From contig NC_043008.1 in the NCBI RefSeq assembly GCF_006345805.1, positions 10,292,001 to 10,356,000 of the forward strand: a DNA stretch of 64,000 nt, in the 5' to 3' direction. Position numbers and translations under genes: made by a program. Below, piece by piece: positions 1 to 12,149 of the stretch. Position 1 is the first letter of the stretch; each line of letters starts with the position of its first letter. The notes under the pieces were generated by a model. It was given only the letters and a program-made list of their open reading frames with translations, did no database searches and was not told the DNA's origin. This stretch comes from Octopus sinensis (taxonomy: Eukaryota).

Positions 1-446
1 CATGGCACCTTGGGCAAGTGTCTTCTACTATAGCCTCGGGCCGACCAAAGCCTTGTGAGTGGATTTGGTAGACCGAAACTGAAAGAACCCGTCGTATATA
101 TATATATATATATATACATCATTAATTATATCCTGTCTGTCCTTCATAATAGATAATGTTAATGCTATCACTGTATCACAAATATGATGATGATGATGAT
201 GATGATATATATATATGCATGTGTGTGTATATGTTTGTGTGTCTGTGTTTGTCTCCCCAACAGCGCTTGACAACCGATGCTGGTGTGTGTTTACGTCCCC
301 GTAACTTAGCAGTTCAGCGAGAGAGACCGATAGATTAAGTACTGGGCTTACAAAGAATGAGTCCCGGGGTTGATTTGCTCGACTAAATGCGGTGCTCCAG
401 CATGGCCACAGTCAAATGACAGAAACAAGTAAAAGAGTAAAGAGAG
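1..446 (+). mobile_element. SINE family A (tRNA head, CORE-like ACCTTGGGCAAGT box, internal TA/TG microsatellite, (AAGAGT)n tail), cut by the window start
   Basis: Matches the full copies at 3235 and 36892; carries an extra ~90-bp segment ending in (GAT)n inside its microsatellite. Confidence 0.85.
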
Positions 447-926
447 TATCTTAGAAAAAAAAAACAATGTAAAACGTGAAGAATATTGACCATGTAGTGT
501 CCCTGAAGTAGACGGAAACAGATGGTTGAATGGTTGTAGCTGTCATCGTAAGTTTATTCAGGTTGATCTGGGGGTTAAACAACAACACACACACACATGC
601 GTTTACACACACGTTGTTTTAAGTGAAAACAACTGTAGTCTGCAGTCTGCTACACATCTGTTTCGGGTGATGACGTCATCACAGCTGTCACTCTGAAACT
701 GATCAATCATCCACAAACTCATTTCAACATTATTATTATTATTATCATTTTTATTCCCTGTACTTCCCACCACTAGTACTTTAGTATTTGGGTTTTTATT
801 TAAAAAAATTTTTTTGCCATTTGGTCAACTGTTCAACTACAGTCGGTATCTATTATGTCTTTCTGTATGATTTATTTTATACTAGAGCTGCTTTATTTCA
901 TATGTAAATATATATATATATATATG

Positions 927-1347
927 CTCTCTTTTTACTCTTTTACTTGTTTCAGTCATTTGACTGTGGCCAAGCTGGAGCACCGCCTTTAATCGAGCAA
1001 CTCGACCCCGGAACTTATTCTTTTGTAAGCCCAGTACTTATTCTATCGGTCTCTTTTGCCGAACCGCTAAGTTACGGGGACCTAAACACACCAGCATCAG
1101 TTGTCAAGCGATGTTGGGGAGACAAACACAGACACACAAATATATACACACACATACATATATATATATGTATATACATATATACGACAGGCTTCTTTCA
1201 GTTTCCGTCTACCAAATCCACTGACAAGGCTTTGGTTGGCCCGAGGCTATAGTAGAAGACACTTGCCCAAGGTGCCATGCTGTGGGACTGAACCCGGAAC
1301 CATGTCGTTGGTAAGCAAGCTACTTACCACACAGCCACTCCTGCGCC
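927..1347 (-). mobile_element. SINE family A, full length
   Basis: Reverse complement begins GGCGCAGGAGTGGCTGTGTGG (A box), has B box GGTTCAGTCCC and the same tail as other copies. Confidence 0.9.
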
Positions 1348-1373
1348 TATATATATATATATATATATATATA

Positions 1374-1695
1374 TCATCATCATCATCATTGTTTAACATC
1401 TGCTTTCCATGCTCGCTAGGGTTGGACGATATGACTGAGGTCTGGCGAACCAGATGGCTGCAACCAGACTCCAATCTGATCTGGCAGAGTTTCTACAGCT
1501 GGATGCCCTTCCTAATGCCATCCACTCCGAGAGTGTAGTGAGTGCTTTTATGTCCCACCGGCACGAGGGCCAGTCAGGCAGTACTGGCAACGGCCATGCT
1601 CAAATGGTGCTTTTTATGTGCCACCTGCACAGGAGCCAGTCCAGTGGCACTGGCAATGACCTCACTCAAATGCTTTTTCATGTGCCACCAGCACC
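1374..1695 (-). mobile_element. Repeat family B (RTE-type 3' end or SINE with (GAT)n tail)
   Basis: Contains GCACCCACTACACTCTCGGAGTGGTTGGC..GAAGGGCATCCAGCTGTAGAAAC and a (GAT)n tail; found in more than 10 copies in the window. Confidence 0.75.
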
Positions 1696-2015
1696 CGAAA
1701 GTGTTACTTCTAGTTTCATGGTTTTATGATACTTGAATGTGCATATTTATAAAATATGCCATGTATCTTAAAGCATTATTTCAGGCTCTCAGTGACTGCA
1801 AGAAGACTGCAATACAGTCTCTGTTTGGCTGGATGTTTATTCCAGGAGATATTCAGAAGGACTGAGGATTTAAATGAGTGATGTTAGTAATGAATCTATA
1901 ATAATAATAATAATGATTGTGTACAGTGCTCAGGTGCACTACAACTCATCTAAAGTGTATATATAATCAGGTGTAGTTTCATCTTTTTTTGTTAACAGAG
2001 TTGGGTACGTATATG

Positions 2016-2064
<49 letters not shown>

Positions 2065-2114
2065 CTATTATTAGTACTAGTATTGTCCCTTTGATCCCCT
2101 GGTCGACAGTTTGC

Positions 2115-2145
<31 letters not shown>

Positions 2146-2591
2146 TTTCAGCTTCGCCTCGTATTGCATATTATTTCTCCATACAGGGGTTTTTTTCAAT
2201 GGCGGCCCATTTTCGCGGGGTTCTACTGTTCTTCTCTATCTATCTCTCTCTCTCCCTTTCTCACGTTGTCTGCCATTCCCCCCTTCCATTGCTAAGAGCA
2301 TTTCTAAGCCAGCCCGTCAGTTCAACCTTCGTATATTCCTGGTGCACCCGCCCTTGCCCACCCCCACCACCAATACCGGATATCTCTATATTTTTGCTCC
2401 ATCTATACCGGATGTCGCTTCTCCCACCACCATTATAGGTGTCTACTCTTCGAACCCCCCTCTTCAATACGCTATTTCACCATGCATTACCCCTCTCTTG
2501 ATATCCTACGTTCTACTTGCCTAGAACCTGTCATCATTTCTCTGAACCACCCCTCCCCACTGGTGCTCCCCTATATATTTCTGCCCCCCCC

Positions 2592-2834
2592 CACATAAAA
2601 GCACCATCCGAACGTGGCCGATGCCAGACCCCTCTGGCACCTGTGCAGGTGGCACGTAAAAAACACCCACTACACTCGCGGAGTGGTTGGCGTTAGGAAG
2701 GGCATCCAGCTGTAGAAACACTGCCAGACTAGACTGGAGCCTGGAGCAGTCCCGAGCTCCCCAGACCCCGGTCGAAACCGTCCAACCCGTGCTAGCGCGG
2801 AAAACGGACGTTAAACGATGATGATGATGATGAT
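2592..2834 (+). mobile_element. Repeat family B copy
   Basis: Same core and (GAT)n tail as 1374-1695. Confidence 0.75.
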
Positions 2835-2851
2835 ATATATATATATATATA

Positions 2852-3153
2852 GTGACTAGCAATGTGTAACTACATCTGATGGACTGGTCGTACACATTGC
2901 TGGTCACAATACATTCGCATTGTTTTAGCCTTCGAATGACGCCACCCCGCTGGCTAAGCGAGCAGGCCAACAGAAGAAAGAGTGGGAGAATGAGTGGTGA
3001 AAGAGTACAGCAGGGATCACCACACCCTGCCGGAGCCTCGTGGAGCTTTTAGGTGTTTTCACTCAATAAACACTCACAATGCCTGGTCTGGGAATCGAAA
3101 CTGCGATCCTACGACCGCGAGTCAGCTGCCCTAACCACTGGGCCATTGCACCT

Positions 3154-3155
<2 letters not shown>
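2852..3155 (-). mobile_element. tRNA-derived SINE family E
   Basis: Reverse complement starts GGAGGTGCAATGGCCCAGTGGTTAGGGCAG (A box) with B box GTTTCGATTCC; head shared with family D. Confidence 0.8.
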
Positions 3156-3234
<79 letters not shown>

Positions 3235-3235
<1 letters not shown>

Positions 3236-3630
3236 GCGCAGGAGTGGCTGTGTGGTAAGTAGCTTGTTTACTAACCACATGGTTCCAGGTTCAGTCCCAC
3301 TGCGTGGAACCTTGGGCAAGTGTCTTCTACTATAGCCTCGGGCCGACCAAAGCCTTGTGAGTGGATTTGGTAGACGGAAACTGAAAGAAGCCTGTCGTAT
3401 ATATGTGGTGGGGGTGTATATGTTTGTGTGTCTGTGTTTGTCCCCCAACATCACTTGATAACCGATGCTGGTGTGTTTATGTCCCCGTAATTTAGCGGTT
3501 CGGCAAAAGAGATCGATAGAATAAGTATTGGGCTTACAAAAAGAATAAGTCCCGGGGTCGATTTGCTCGACTAAAGGTAGTGCACCAGCATGGCCGCAGT
3601 CAAAATGACTGAAACAAGTAAAAAAGAAAA
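3235..3630 (+). mobile_element. SINE family A, full length
   Basis: GGCGCAGGAGTGGCTGTGTGGTAAG head through GAAACAAGTAAAA tail; a diverged extra tail copy follows at 3690-3890. Confidence 0.9.
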
Positions 3631-4523
3631 AAAAAGATATATATGTATATTTTTTATATAATATGTGTGTGTCTTTGTGTCTGTGTTTGTCCCCCACTGC
3701 CACTTGGCAACCTGTGTTGGTGTGTTTATGTCTCTGTAACTATGCAGTTTGGCAAAGCAACTAACAGAATAAGTACCAGGCCCCTTTCAAAAGAAATTAG
3801 TACTGGGGTCAATTCATTCAGCCAAAAGTTCTTCAAGGCGGTGCCCCAGCATGGCCACAGTCTAATGACTGAAACAAGTAAAAGATAAAAAAGACAAAAG
3901 ATTTCACTTTGTTTCATTTGGAAATACACATTGGGAAGTCAGCTGACCTACAACAAATTTTATCTACGCTTCACACACAAAACCTGCATGTGTGTATATA
4001 TACACAAACCCCACACCTATGTGTGTAGTCTCGCACACATATCCACACGTTGGTTGACCTGTTCAAATACTTTAAAGTAGAGCACGGTATCAGTGGTTGT
4101 AGGATTTCTTCATGTAGGTCACCTTGGGGACACTCCTTCACTCTCCACCACCCACCCCACTTCACATGAGATAAAGGAGGTGGGGTGGGGGACTAAAGAC
4201 AGTTTTAGTAACTTGAGATAATGTTTTTTTAGTTATCTAAAACTTGGTCTGATTAAGTTGCTAGTACACTCGCTCGCTCGCTCGTTAATGTAACGAGTAT
4301 CTTCTCTATTCAATATTATTTAATTAAAATTTCACCAAGTGTGAAGAGGAAAAAAAAAATCATTAGCTTTAATAATTAATTCTTGTCAGAACAGACAAGG
4401 GAGACAACTATAACAGTGTATAGGGGGAGCAGTACTTGCAGTGGGGAGTGAGTCAGATCTTTGGTAACTATGGCAACAACTGCAGACATGTTTTGGTTTT
4501 ATTGTTTTTTATTGCTTTTAATT

Positions 4524-4755
4524 TATTTCTTTACTACCCACAAGGGGCTAAACACAGAGAGGACAAACAAGGACAGACAAACGGATTAAGTTGATTATAT
4601 CGACCCCAGTGCGTAACTGGTACTTATTTAATCGACCCCCAAAAGGATGAAAGGCAAAGTCAACCTTGGTGGAATTTGAACTCATAGCGTAGCGACAGAC
4701 GAAATACTGGTACGCATTTCGCCCGGCGTGCTAACGTTTCTGCCAGCTCGCTGCC
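4524..4755 (-). mobile_element. tRNA-derived SINE family C with 15-bp TSD
   Basis: Flanked by direct repeats TTATTGCTTTTAATT at 4509-4523 and 4756-4770. Reverse complement begins GGCAGCGAGCTGGCAGAAACGTTAG with B box AGTTCAAATTC. Confidence 0.9.
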
Positions 4756-4789
4756 TTATTGCTTTTAATTGATGTATATGAAGAGGCTG

Positions 4790-5460
4790 TGCCTATCACC
4801 CATTAATGCACCCCCATGTCCAGAAACAGCTGTAGGGAAAGCATGAGCAGGAAGAGCATTCCAGAGGGCCAATGATTTGGGGAGGAAGGATTGTAGATAA
4901 AGGGTTACCTTTTATATTTTTTGTCATGTGAGCATTTAATATATTTGTACGTGTAGCTGTAACAGAAGCACTATCCCTGGGATGGGAGTGAGCAGTGCTA
5001 CTTTGTGGGTCTCATTGAACTTTGTTGTGTTAGTTATTGGCTGTGGGTGGGTGGGTGCTTTTTCTGGCCTTAAAAGGGAGGCCTTGTCATTGTGATGTTT
5101 TCTTTATAAAGTTGAAGATGTACATTTAGCAGGAGAGATCCTTAATGTGAATGAGGCCTAGAATGGGAATATTATTTTCATGATACAATGAGTGGTTGTG
5201 ATTTTGTGCCATCGACGGAATTAATATTGGCAAAGCCTCCCTCTGCAGGATGCTTTTGGGGTCTTTTTGGGAATGGAATTAATGTGAATATGTCATGGGG
5301 ATGGTGCATGGGTGTGAAAGAATTAGGGATGAGATGAGAGGTGGTGTCATCTGGATATGAGTGTTGTTTGAGTTGAACAGCTGAATATCTTCAGAGAAGA
5401 TACCCTCCTCAAGCAACTGTCTCAGCCCTTCTTACATTTCTAAGGGGGCTGGGTCGCTTC
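4790..5460 (-). mobile_element. Decayed LINE (CR1/L2-like) ORF2 3' region
   Basis: The minus strand near 4830-4910 reads YLQSFLPKSLALWNALPAHAFP, resembling the SFFPRTIRLWNSLP C-terminal motif. The left boundary follows from this motif; the right boundary is a guess. Confidence 0.4.
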
Positions 5461-5724
5461 CAGGTCATGACTCTACAAACACTCTTTATCCTCTTGGATA
5501 TTGGAAACTTGTGCATTTAAACTGCTTGGAGATTTCTTCTAGTTGTAACTCCTCTCTGTTGACTCAGCATTCAAATTCTCTAACCCAAGAAACGAGGACT
5601 CACTTAGGGCCAGTAGCCATGCAATGTTCCTGATGGTCTCTTCTTCACTCTGAAACATAGCTCAGAAGTGGTAGGGGGTGTTCTCCAGGGTGTCAAGGAC
5701 TGAATCAGCTTTCATTGGTTGCTT

Positions 5725-6044
5725 TACAAAGTCAGAAAACAGCACAGCTCCCATGACTTTCGGAAACATTTTTTCACGCTAAGAGTTGCTGAAGCATGGA
5801 ACAAACTTCTGGCATCAGTTGTTAATTGTCGGAGCACTGCATCCTTCAAAACTTCCATGCTTCCTGAGATTCGCCAACACTACACCTGATTTTCTCCCCT
5901 CCATACACACGCAAGCATGTATCTGACTCATACACTGTTCGCTTTCCAGACATTTGTACATTACTGCATGTACTTTATATGCACTTTTGACAAGTTGTGG
6001 TGCACTTGAGCACTGTATACAATAATTTCATTATTATTATTATT
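5725..6044 (+). mobile_element. CR1-type LINE 3' end
   Basis: 5725-5889 encodes YKVRKQHSSHDFRKHFFTLRVAEAWNKLLASVVNCRSTASFKTSMLPEIRQHYT* (CR1 motif FF..RV..WN.LP..VV...SFK), followed by a 3' UTR and (ATT)n tail. Confidence 0.85.
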
Positions 6045-6783
6045 GTTATTTTAAAAAAGCATTCCACCACAGTGTACCTAGGGTTACATTACTCAACATA
6101 CCCGGTTTCTTTTCTTCAAAGACAGTTGAGTGCGATTTTAAGGAAATTTGGTTGCTACTTCTAGCAGGCCAATTGACCACATAAATGCTCCTTCATTGAG
6201 ATAGTGGATGGAAGTCAAAAGAAAACAAAGTGTTCGTAAAACAAAAGAAGCAACCCTGATTAAATAATCAATCACTAATGTTGTGTTAGTGTGAAGGCGG
6301 GGTGGTGGTGGCAGAGGTGGGGGGAGGGGAAGAGGAAGTCGCTGAGTGTTGGTTTTTTGAAATAAGGAAGTTTCAGTTTAGTTTGGTCTTTTTAATTAAC
6401 GATGAGATTGAATTGGAGAGATGTTTTTTTCTTCTTTTCCTTTTGATATTTGGAGAACTTCACACACACACACACACAGGGGCACACTTAATCATAGTCT
6501 TACATACTCTTGTATTTTTTTTTATCCATAATACATTACAAACTTGTTAATGTCCTTTTCTTATTTTTTTCCTTTTTAAAGAAAAGAATAATTAGAGCAG
6601 GTTTTGTTGATCCAAGATGTTTGACACACTGGTCAGGGCACTCTGTGATAGCTTTGTACTTCCTGTTGCAATAATAAGGGTGTGTGTTTGTGTGTGGATG
6701 TGTGTAGAAGCACATTGTGTTATAGAAGGTGATGGCAATGCAGAGGGAACATTACATATTATACATGTAAAAAATATATTACA

Positions 6784-7177
6784 CTAGCAGTATTGCCCGG
6801 CGTTGCTCGGGTTTGTTTCGACCCTTTAGAATTGGAATTTTTGAAAAGTAAACAGCTTGCATTATGTAGCTTGTTATTCTCTTTAAGGGAACATTTTTCT
6901 GGTTGAAACACACTGAAAAATGGCGACACAGCAGTAAAAAAATCGTAAAAAATAGGGATTTTCATAGAAAAAAAGCAACTTTTTGATGTAAATAATTTTT
7001 GGTGTTAACATGGTCCGATTTGAATTTTTTCTTCTCCGGAATGAAGAGCAAGCCTTCTTCTATCATACTCTCAATTTTGGTCAACTTGCGTCGCAGGGTC
7101 TCGGAGGAGATAGTGTTAGTTGAAGGCTACCAAACCTGCCATACACAGACAACTTCAGCTTTATATATAGAGAGAGA
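6784..7177 (-). mobile_element. Non-autonomous Helitron, family H1
   Basis: On the minus strand it starts TC and ends with hairpin CCCGAGCAACGCCGGG plus CTAG, between host A and T. A second copy lies at 58054-58430. Confidence 0.8.
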
Positions 7178-7331
7178 TTAGAAATGTTTAAGTAATCTTG
7201 ATCTATGTATGGTTGGATGGATGGATCATTTCTTTTATTTTTAATTATTTGAAATCTTCCTGTAAGGAATGGTCAGGTTTCTATCGAAGATACAAAGCTT
7301 CATTGTTGGAATGTAGATAATATATATACAT

Positions 7332-7639
7332 GAGGTCGTTATCAGTGCCGCGAGCGAGGTCGTTGTCAGTGCCGCGAGCGAGGTCGTTGCCAGTGCCGCT
7401 GGACTGGCTCCTGTGCAGGTGGCACATAAAATGCACCATTTGAGTGTGGCCGTTGCCAGTACTGCCTGACTGGCCCCTGTGCCGGTGGCACGTAAAAGCA
7501 CCCACTACACTCTCGGAGTGGTTGGCATTAGGAAGGGCATCCAGCTGTAGAAACTCTGCCAGATTAAGACGAGCCTGGTGCAGCCATCTGGTTACCAGCC
7601 CTCAGTCAAAATCGTCCAACGTTAAATGATGATGATGAT
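7332..7639 (+). mobile_element. Repeat family B copy with three 24-bp tandem units
   Basis: Unit GAGGTCGTTRYCAGTGCCGCGAGC at 7332, 7356 and 7380, followed by the family B core and (GAT)n. Confidence 0.75.
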
Positions 7640-8811
7640 TTTGTGGCATGTAAGACATTTATTTCCAAAAATATGTCTAAAAAAATCATTCTTAGTCCTA
7701 TATGCAAAATTGTGCCTATAATACATGTTTTAATGCATGAAAAAAAATTTTTTTGCCTAGGCACATACTGATGAAAGTGGGTTGAATCTAATATGTTTGT
7801 GTGTCTTTTATGCTATCGAATACTGTAATTTAATAGATACGTTTACTGCTGGAATCCTGCAATGATCGATCGACTTCTCTTTTATCAAGAAATCCATAGC
7901 AATGGCATGCTGCCACAGTCACTGTCTATTGATTTAATAAATCACATGAATCCGCTCACTAAAAACTGACTGGGTCTACCCAGAGCTTCCCTGCAAAATC
8001 TCCATTGTTGAAAGTGGTGAGGGTCTTATAGTTTTAATTTAAAAAATACTGCACACTTCAGCTAATTTTCTACTTAAAGTAAATGAACATTTTAAGTATT
8101 TTTATTTTTAATTATCAATCATGAGGGGTGGGGGAAACGTAAAAAAAAAGTGAACTTCACTCTGAGTTTTGATTTGTCTATTTTTATTGTCTTACATTAA
8201 TTTTTGCATGTTTACATGTATTGGGGGTATTTTTTGTTTGTTAAAGCAGTTTTATTTAGCCCCAGGTTAGCATTGCATGAAGGAATCCTCAAAGGCATTT
8301 TAGCCATAGCTTGTTGATCTTTTTTTTTTATATTGCCCAGTGTTGCTTTCGTTTTCTACGATGTCAAAATGTGATTTGTGAGAGATCTGGCTACTGTTTC
8401 TAGCATATCTTACAACCACATTCTAACATTTGAAATACAGCAATTTACTACAAATCAGTTATGAATTATAGTTTTATCTTATTCCAGTTGTCTGGTCCTT
8501 ATAACGATTTCTTTTTAAATCCCTTCTATACTATTACTACTACTACTTTCAAATTTTGTCACAAGTCTACCTTTTTGAAAAGTTGTATTTACAGTCAGGT
8601 ATTCCTTTTACAATAAACTTCTCAACTGTGAAAACTGAAATTTAGAGTAAACAGAGTTATGTACCTTGCATAGAGACACTGCTGTTGGTCGCAGTGATAA
8701 GGTTTGGACTCGTCTCTGTGGTCCAACACTAACTTCCCTTTAATTGTGTTAATTTCTCATCAACAGGATTTCTTCCTTTTTCACTGTTGCTCCTTCATCG
8801 TTATTTATTAT

Positions 8812-9381
8812 AATAATAATAATAATGATGATGATGATGAAATTATTGTATACAGTGCTCAGGTGCACCACAACTTGTCAAAAGTATATATAAAGTACTA
8901 GCAGTATCGCCCGGCGTTGCTCGGGTTTGTAAGAGAAATAACTATATAAGCATTTTTAGAGAGTTATAGCCAAAAAATAGCAAAAAAAAAAATGCATTAA
9001 AAATGGAAAAAAAATGATGGTAAATTATTTTAAAAATCGTAGACTCATTGTAGACGCGCGCTAACACCCAGAAGGGCTCGATATGAATCACGACTATAAG
9101 ATACCCGCTTTTGGTTACACTGCACTGCAAAATGTGGGAGTAGTTAGGAATCTAAATCGTAGGAGACAGACACACAACTTGACTTTTATATATAAAGATA
9201 TGCAGTAATGTACAAATGTCTGGAAAGTGAACAGTGTATGAGTCAGATACATGCTTGCATGTGTATGGAGGGGAGAAAATCAGATGTAGTGTTGGCGAAT
9301 CTCAGGAAGCATGGAAGTTTTGGAGGATGCAGTGCTCCGACAACTAACAACTGATGCCGGTAGTTTGTTCCATGCTTCAGC
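8812..9381 (-). mobile_element. CR1-type LINE 3' end interrupted by a Helitron
   Basis: Reverse complement of the 5800-6044 CR1 tail, split at 8897/9199. Confidence 0.85.
8898..9198 (-). mobile_element. Non-autonomous Helitron, family H2 (301 bp)
   Basis: 5' TC, 3' hairpin plus CTAG, inserted at an AT dinucleotide without TSD; the empty site is reconstructable from the CR1 copy at 5725. Confidence 0.88.
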
Positions 9382-9477
9382 CACTTCGATCGGCAGAATC
9401 GTTTCAGTTGTCTTTCGGTGACGGTGGCATAATTGGAAACAGGATTTCCGTATAGCATATTCTCTTACGCGCTTCGT

Positions 9478-9660
9478 TCATTTGACTGCGGCCATGCTGG
9501 AACACTGCCTTTAGTCGAACAAATTGACCCCCAGGACTTAATCTTTGTAGGCCTAGTACTTATTCTATCGGTGTCTTTTTGCCGAACTGCTAAGTGACGG
9601 GGACGTAAACACACCAACACCGATTGTCAAGCGATGGTGGGGGTCGACAAACACAGACAA
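9478..9660 (-). mobile_element. SINE family A 3' half
   Basis: Matches the family A tail. Confidence 0.75.
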
Positions 9661-9974
9661 CAAATACAAACATAAGACAATAACTATTATTTTCAATATT
9701 CCAATAAGTGATACAAACCCGGACATGATTCAGTACTGTTAGACCACTTCAAAGAAGGACAAAGTTTACCGAACTGGCCAAAATAGTTATGAGAGAATTG
9801 CTACTGTGTTTGTTCATGTGTAAATCCTAGCACAACATTTTCCCCCCTTCCTCTTCAAACTTGAAATCAGCTTTGCCCCATGTATTAGTAGCACCGCAGT
9901 TTGTTTTCAGTTAAGATCAAGTATAAAATAGTATGACTTGCACACGAGTAAATTCGGTAAATAAACTTGCAATG

Positions 9975-10399
9975 GGATCTTTTTGGTTTGAACGGCAGTT
10001 TTTAAAAATAATTTCCACGTAATTAAACACTTTTAAACTTTGTATACTGGTAGAATGTGTTTATAAAACATCTTTTTCTCTTGGCTTTATTGAAAAAATT
10101 CTATAGTTCGTAAGATACTTGTTGTTGTTTTTTTCTTCAATTTCTGCAATTTCAACCAATCAATGACGTCTATTGGAGGTGAAAACATTCTGTGCCGTAT
10201 GAATATGTCCCTCTTTTAAGAAACAGATTGGGTTTATTTACATTTCTGAAGAAAAAAAGATACCCTTCCCCCCAACCCTAACTAACCCTAACCCTAAAAG
10301 AGATTGAAATGCAATAGATCGATACTAGGGTCATAATTATGGGTGACAATTTCATATGACACCGCTAGAAAAAAACTGCCGTTCAAACCGAAAAGATCC
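9975..10399. mobile_element. MITE with GGATCTTTT(C/T)GGTTTGAACGGCAG TIRs and internal (CCCTAA)n
   Basis: About 28-bp TIRs; flanks TTGCAATG/GTGCAATG (8 bp, 1 mismatch); a second copy lies at 39218-39646. Confidence 0.85.
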
Positions 10400-11399
10400 G
10401 TGCAATGTTTCGTGTGTTAATAAGCGGAGAAAATGAATTTTTTACAGAATATAATTTAACCCGCTTCTTTTTGTTTTGAATATAAAAGTAGAGGTTGGAT
10501 TATGTAATCTTCAGGCATTTTTTAAAGGCCATAAAGATGCAGAAGAAATGAGACTGCAACTGGCCATGAAAACGAAGATTCAGTTCCTTATAGTTTTGCT
10601 TTTGTTAAAAAAAAATTAAACTTTCAACAGCAATTTATGTCTTTATTTGATAAATGACTTGTTCTTTTTTATAAAGTAGGTTGCCTAAATATTATTAGTA
10701 TTATATATTATATAATTACTGATACGTATTCTATAATTTTCCGTAATAGAAATTAATTTACTAAAACAGTTTTTATGGCATTTAATAATGGGAAACTACT
10801 ATTGTTACTAGTTATCTCCCTTGAAGCTGTAAATTATATAAAATGAATTTTGGTGTTAAGTCTTTAAAAGATTCAGAGAAATATTAAAAAAAACCCAAAA
10901 CAACCCCCTCCTATCTCCTTGACAGATTTAAAATAGATTTTGCTTCAGAGAGGGTAATTTGCTTAAGATAAATAAGTTTTCTAACATTTGAAATACAGCA
11001 ATTTACTACAAATCAGTTATGAATTATAGTTTTATCAACAATTTCTTTTTAAATCCTTTCTCTACTACTACTACTTCCAAAGTTTGGCACAAGTCTAGCA
11101 ATGTTAGGGGACAAGCAAGTGGATTACAAAGAATGATAGGCAAACTCGACCTCGGCGGAATTTGAACTCAGAACATAAACACGGACGAAATGACGCTAAG
11201 CATTTTGTCTGGTGTGCTAACGATTCCGCCAACTCGCCATGATCCTTTCTTTTATGACAGCAATAATCCTTTCTGCTATAGTCAAAAGGCCAGAAAATTT
11301 TATTTTATGGAGGTGGAGCTAGTCAGTTACATCAACTCCAGCACTCAACTAGTATTTATTTTCAGACCTCGGCGAAATTCTTTTCTAATAATAATAGCA

Positions 11400-11932
11400 G
11401 CACCAGGCAGTGGCTCTCGTGGTTTCTGATCTTAACTGATTGGAAGTACATTGTTTTGTCTTGGTATAAAAGATGGGCTACAACAAATATTCTGCTCAAT
11501 ACCACAGATTTGCTTGTCAGTTGTTTGACCGTAACCAGTTGAGCATGTCCCTTAGTGGCTGACGATATGTGCATCTCTGATCACGAGCAGAAGTAGTGGG
11601 GGAGCATCATAGCCATGTGTTGAGAGGAATTCTTTGGGGTTTGAATAATTCACCTCTGGAAACATGAGTGTTTCGTTCAACATACTTAAACAACCCTTAT
11701 TCAGGGACCTTTTGAGCAGGATGGGTTACTCAACCTGAAGAAAATTCTAACTGGGCCTCACCTGCAAGGTCATGCACTGTTTATCTTGATATGAAATCAT
11801 CATATCAGACACATATGGTTGTGATGCATGTGCCTGGTGTATCCTTGTCGGACGGGCAGTCATAATGGGTATACTGGGCTTCGTAAATTTTTCCCCAGTG
11901 TCACTGTGTTGGTATACACTGCTCTCTCACTC

Positions 11933-11977
<45 letters not shown>

Positions 11978-11990
11978 AATAATAATAATT
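11400..11990 (+). mobile_element. Retroposon-like element with long (AAT)n tail
   Basis: About 530 bp of higher-GC non-coding sequence ending in (AAT)n at 11932-11990. Family not resolved. Confidence 0.45.
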
Positions 11991-12149
11991 TCTACAATAG
12001 GCGCAAGGCTGAAATTTTTGAGGAGGTGGGAACTAATCGTTTACATCGATCCCCAGTTTTTCACTGTTACTTAATCTATCAACCCTGAAAGGATGTAAGA
12101 AAGAAGGTTAGAGATAGATGAGATGTTAACAAACAAGGAAGTAAATGGT

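Noticed and set aside
947-1538. Recurrent ORFs such as ASFSFRLPNPLTRLWSARGYSRRHLPKVP and FQSFDCGHAGAPPL
   Set aside because: They are incidental frames of SINE family A and recur wherever the SINE does.
1785-1877. Possible first coding exon of TPRG1L (acceptor ttatttcag|GCT)
   Set aside because: No similarity to the family, no strong donor, and it does not give the phase-0 end needed for 16810.
10273-10296. Telomere or chromosome-fusion scar
   Set aside because: Only 3-4 imperfect units, present in both copies of a MITE, so they belong to the element.
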